A stretch of 64,000 nucleotides of DNA. Origin: Dehalococcoidia bacterium. GTDB taxonomy: Bacteria; Chloroflexota; Dehalococcoidia; DSTF01; JACRBR01. The notes under the pieces were generated by a model that saw nothing but the letters and a program-made list of their open reading frames with translations, ran no database searches and was not told where the DNA came from. Location: assembly GCA_041494685.1 (NCBI GenBank), contig JBGQBE010000011.1, positions 1 to 64,000 of the forward strand, given 5' to 3'. Shown here one piece after another: positions 61,254 through 64,000 of this stretch. Numbering within the stretch: position 1 is the stretch's first letter; the number at the start of each line of letters is the position of its first letter. A program made the translations under genes and the position numbers.

Positions 61254-62096
61254 CTACGGATCGATCCCCAGCAGCCGTGCCGCGTTCTCGCGCAGGATCT
61301 TCGGCTTCACCTCGTCCAGGAAGCCCGCGCCCTCGAAGTCGCGCAGCCAGCGCTCCGGCGTGATCGCCGGATAGTCCGAGCCGAAGATCACCTTGTCGCT
61401 CACCATGTGGTTGGCGTACGTGATCAGCGACGGCGAGAAGTACTTCGGCGACCAGCCCGACAGATCCATGTACACGTTCGGCTTGTGGACCAGCATCGCC
61501 AGCTGCTCCTCCTGCCACGGCCACGCCGGGTGCGCCATCACGATCGTCAGTTCCGGGAAGTCCGCCGCCACGTCGTCCATGTACGGGATCGGCCGCGCGT
61601 ACCCCAGCTTGATGCCGCCGCCGCCCGGGCGGCCCGCGCCGACGCCTGTCGTGCCCGCGTGGAACAGCACGATCAACCCCAGCTCCTGCGCCTTCGCCCA
61701 CAGCGGATAGAAACGCGGGTCGTTCGGGTAAAACTGCTGCGACGACGGGTGGAACTTCAGCCCCTTCAGCCCCAGATCCCGCACCCGCTCCGCCTCCAGC
61801 ACCGCCGCCCGTCCCTTCCACGGGTCCACGTTGCCGAACGCGGCGAACGTGTCCGGCCAGCGGCGCACGCACTCCGCGAAGTACTCGTTCGGCACCGGCG
61901 GCCGCCCCGTCGCCGTCTCCGTGTCGATCGCGAACAGCACGCCGAACATGTCCAGGCGCTGGTAGTAGTCCGCCATCTCCTCCGTGGTCGACGGCGGCGG
62001 CTCGCCGCGGAAGTACGCGGCCATCTCCGCCTGCTCCTGCGTCGAGAGCCCACCGGGCCCCGGCGGGTGGATGTGGAAGTCGATCAGCTTGGCCAC
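61254..62096 (-). CDS. Amidohydrolase family 2 protein
   Basis: IDFHIH, GLKFHP, MAHP, FGSDYP. Confidence 0.88.
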   Translation of the reverse strand: MAKLIDFHIHPPGPGGLSTQEQAEMAAYFRGEPPPSTTEEMADYYQRLDMFGVLFAIDTETATGRPPVPNEYFAECVRRWPDTFAAFGNVDPWKGRAAVLEAERVRDLGLKGLKFHPSSQQFYPNDPRFYPLWAKAQELGLIVLFHAGTTGVGAGRPGGGGIKLGYARPIPYMDDVAADFPELTIVMAHPAWPWQEEQLAMLVHKPNVYMDLSGWSPKYFSPSLITYANHMVSDKVIFGSDYPAITPERWLRDFEGAGFLDEVKPKILRENAARLLGIDP

Positions 62097-62163
62097 GCGC
62101 CTACCTCCCGCTGCCGCTACTGCGTGATCCGGATCGCCGCGGCGGCAACCCGGTGAAACATCG

Positions 62164-63606
62164 TCACTTCATCAACCCGACCTGCACGTTACGGAAGCGC
62201 GCCGCCGCCGCCCCGTGCCCCGTGTGCGCCACCTGCTCCGGCTGGCCCTTGCCGCAGTTCGGCGTGCCCCATACCACCCACTCGTCGCGGTTGGCCACCG
62301 CGTCGCAGCCGCCCCAGAACCGGGGCGTGATGCCCGTGTACGTCGCGTTCTTCACCAGGTCGCCCAGCTTACCGTGCTTGATCTCGCGCGCGATCTCCGT
62401 GCCGAACTGGAAGTTGAGCCGCCGGTCGTCGATGCTCCAGCTCCGGTTCGTCTCCATGTAGATGCCGTCGTCCGTGTCGGCGATCATATCCGCCAGCGTC
62501 CACTCGCCGGGCTCCAGGTTGACGTTCGTCATCCGGATCAGCGGGATCTTGTCCCACCCCGATGCCCGCATCGCCCCGCCGCTCCGCTGCCCCAGCGCCG
62601 CCGCCGTCTCGCGCGACGTCAGGTAGCCCACGAACCGCCCGTCGCGCACGATTGGCGTCGCCTGCGCCGGCACCCCCTCGTCGTCGAACCCGAACGTGCC
62701 CAGCCCGCCCGGGATCGTCGCGTCGGCCGTCATATTCACATGCCCGGAGCCGTACATGAAGCTCCCCAGTTTGTCCGTCGTCAAGAAGCTCGTCCCCGCG
62801 AACGCAGCCTCGGTGCCCAGCACCCGGTCCAGCTCGATCGGGTGCCCGCACGACTCGTGGATCTGCAGCGCCACCTGGCTGCCGTCCAGGATCACCGTCG
62901 TCACGCCCGGCTCCTGCGTCTTCGCCCGCAGCAGCGCTGACGCCTCCTCCGCGACCCGACCGGCGTTGCCCGCCAGGTCGTACCGCTCGACGAACTCCCA
63001 GCCTTCGGTGCCCTGGTGCCGTCCGACGCTGTTCGGATAGCTGCGGTTCTGCACGTCGCCCTCGTCCACCGCCGTCGCCTCGATGCCGCAGCCCGTCTCA
63101 TACAGCTCCTGCTCGATGTACGCGCCCTCGCTCGACGCGAACACCTTGTCCTCCCGCTGGCAGTACAGGTTCCCCTCCGCCGCCACGATGTTCGGCACCG
63201 CCATCATCGTCTCGTTCGCGCGCAGCAGCAGCGAGATCCGGTCGTCCAGCGAGACCGCGAACGGGTCGCGCCGCACCGGCGTGCGGTAGGTGCCGCTACC
63301 CGACTGCGGCGGCCCGATGTCCGCGCGCGGCCCGCGCACCAGCGCCGACGACCGCGCCACGCGCACCGCCTCCGCCGCGATCGCGTCCGCCTCGTCCAGC
63401 GTCATCCGGTGGCTCGCCGCGAAGCCCCAGTAGCCGTCCACGATCACCCGCACGCCGAACCCCAGCGTCTCCTCCGACGTCAGCGCCTCGACGTTCTTGT
63501 TGCGTACGGAGACCGACTCGGCGCGCAGCCGCACGACGCGCACGTCCGCGTAGTCCGCGCCGCGTTGCCGCGCGGTATCCAGGGCGCGCAGGGCCAGGTC
63601 GCGCAT
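62164..63606 (-). CDS. tldD: TldD-family metalloprotease
   Basis: HESCGHPIELD, FDDEG, RMTN, PNCGKGQP. Confidence 0.9.
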   Translation of the reverse strand: MRDLALRALDTARQRGADYADVRVVRLRAESVSVRNKNVEALTSEETLGFGVRVIVDGYWGFAASHRMTLDEADAIAAEAVRVARSSALVRGPRADIGPPQSGSGTYRTPVRRDPFAVSLDDRISLLLRANETMMAVPNIVAAEGNLYCQREDKVFASSEGAYIEQELYETGCGIEATAVDEGDVQNRSYPNSVGRHQGTEGWEFVERYDLAGNAGRVAEEASALLRAKTQEPGVTTVILDGSQVALQIHESCGHPIELDRVLGTEAAFAGTSFLTTDKLGSFMYGSGHVNMTADATIPGGLGTFGFDDEGVPAQATPIVRDGRFVGYLTSRETAAALGQRSGGAMRASGWDKIPLIRMTNVNLEPGEWTLADMIADTDDGIYMETNRSWSIDDRRLNFQFGTEIAREIKHGKLGDLVKNATYTGITPRFWGGCDAVANRDEWVVWGTPNCGKGQPEQVAHTGHGAAAARFRNVQVGLMK

Positions 63607-63621
63607 CGCGGTGTTCCTCCG

Positions 63622-64000
63622 CTACTGCGCGGCGTTCGCCGCGGCCGCATCCTGCAGGAAGTCGGTGACGTCGGCGTTCAGCTCGTCCGCGCACTCCATG
63701 AAGAAGAGATGCCGCCCGCCCGGGTAGAGCTTCAGCCGCACGTCGGGGATGCCGGCGGCCAGCACGCGCCCGTTCTCGACGGGCACCGTGCCGTCGTCTG
63801 TGCCGTGCGCGACGAACGTTGGGCAGGCGATCTCGCGCAGCCGCGCCTGCGTGTCGTGCGCGAGCACCGCCGCGAGCTGTGTCGCGCGCCCCTCCGGCGT
63901 CGACCGCAGCTCCGCGTTCGCCAGCGACCGCGCGACGATCTCCGCGTCGTGCGCCGCCACGTATGTGTCGCTGTAGTTGAGCGCGTAGGTCGAGCGCACC
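63622..64000 (-). CDS. Alpha/beta hydrolase (partial; 5' end outside the window)
   Basis: LREIACPTFVAHGTDD...YPGGRH. Confidence 0.8.
   Translation of the reverse strand, partial: VRSTYALNYSDTYVAAHDAEIVARSLANAELRSTPEGRATQLAAVLAHDTQARLREIACPTFVAHGTDDGTVPVENGRVLAAGIPDVRLKLYPGGRHLFFMECADELNADVTDFLQDAAAANAAQ

Overview
High-GC bacterial chromosome segment, most consistent with Chloroflexota (Dehalococcoidia-like); this is inferred from gene content, rpoBC standing apart from ribosomal protein genes, and the Pro-rich GroEL tail. Most of the window is housekeeping: pyrF, two MFS transporters, a complete F1Fo ATP synthase operon, csoR with divergent trxA-trxB, rpoBC, asd/dapA/tsaD, CIRCE-preceded groES-groEL, a surface-glycan cluster, ribD-ribE-ribBA-(insert)-ribH, rpsU and tldD. 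The most unusual part is a 4.5 kb island at 32843-37327. It consists of two head-to-head elements bounded by four identical 17-bp terminal inverted repeats. Element 1 (3500 bp) carries a frameshifted IS4/IS5-superfamily DDE transposase, placed downstream of a strong promoter and a tRNA-Cys-like RNA with a distorted anticodon arm, plus passenger genes. Element 2 (979 bp) carries a transposase 3' remnant and a hicAB module whose toxin appears to start at CTG. Other points of interest: a ~145-aa Cys-containing insertion in ATP synthase subunit a; tandem Rex-like boxes on the atp promoter; a CsoR-type operator on the thioredoxin promoter; non-canonical active-site residues in RibD and riboflavin synthase; a Rieske-like lipoprotein lacking all four cluster ligands; a candidate leader peptide before dapA; many apparently leaderless genes; and intergenic heptamer and REP-like repeats. 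All calls come from reading the sequence and recognising motifs; no database searches were run.
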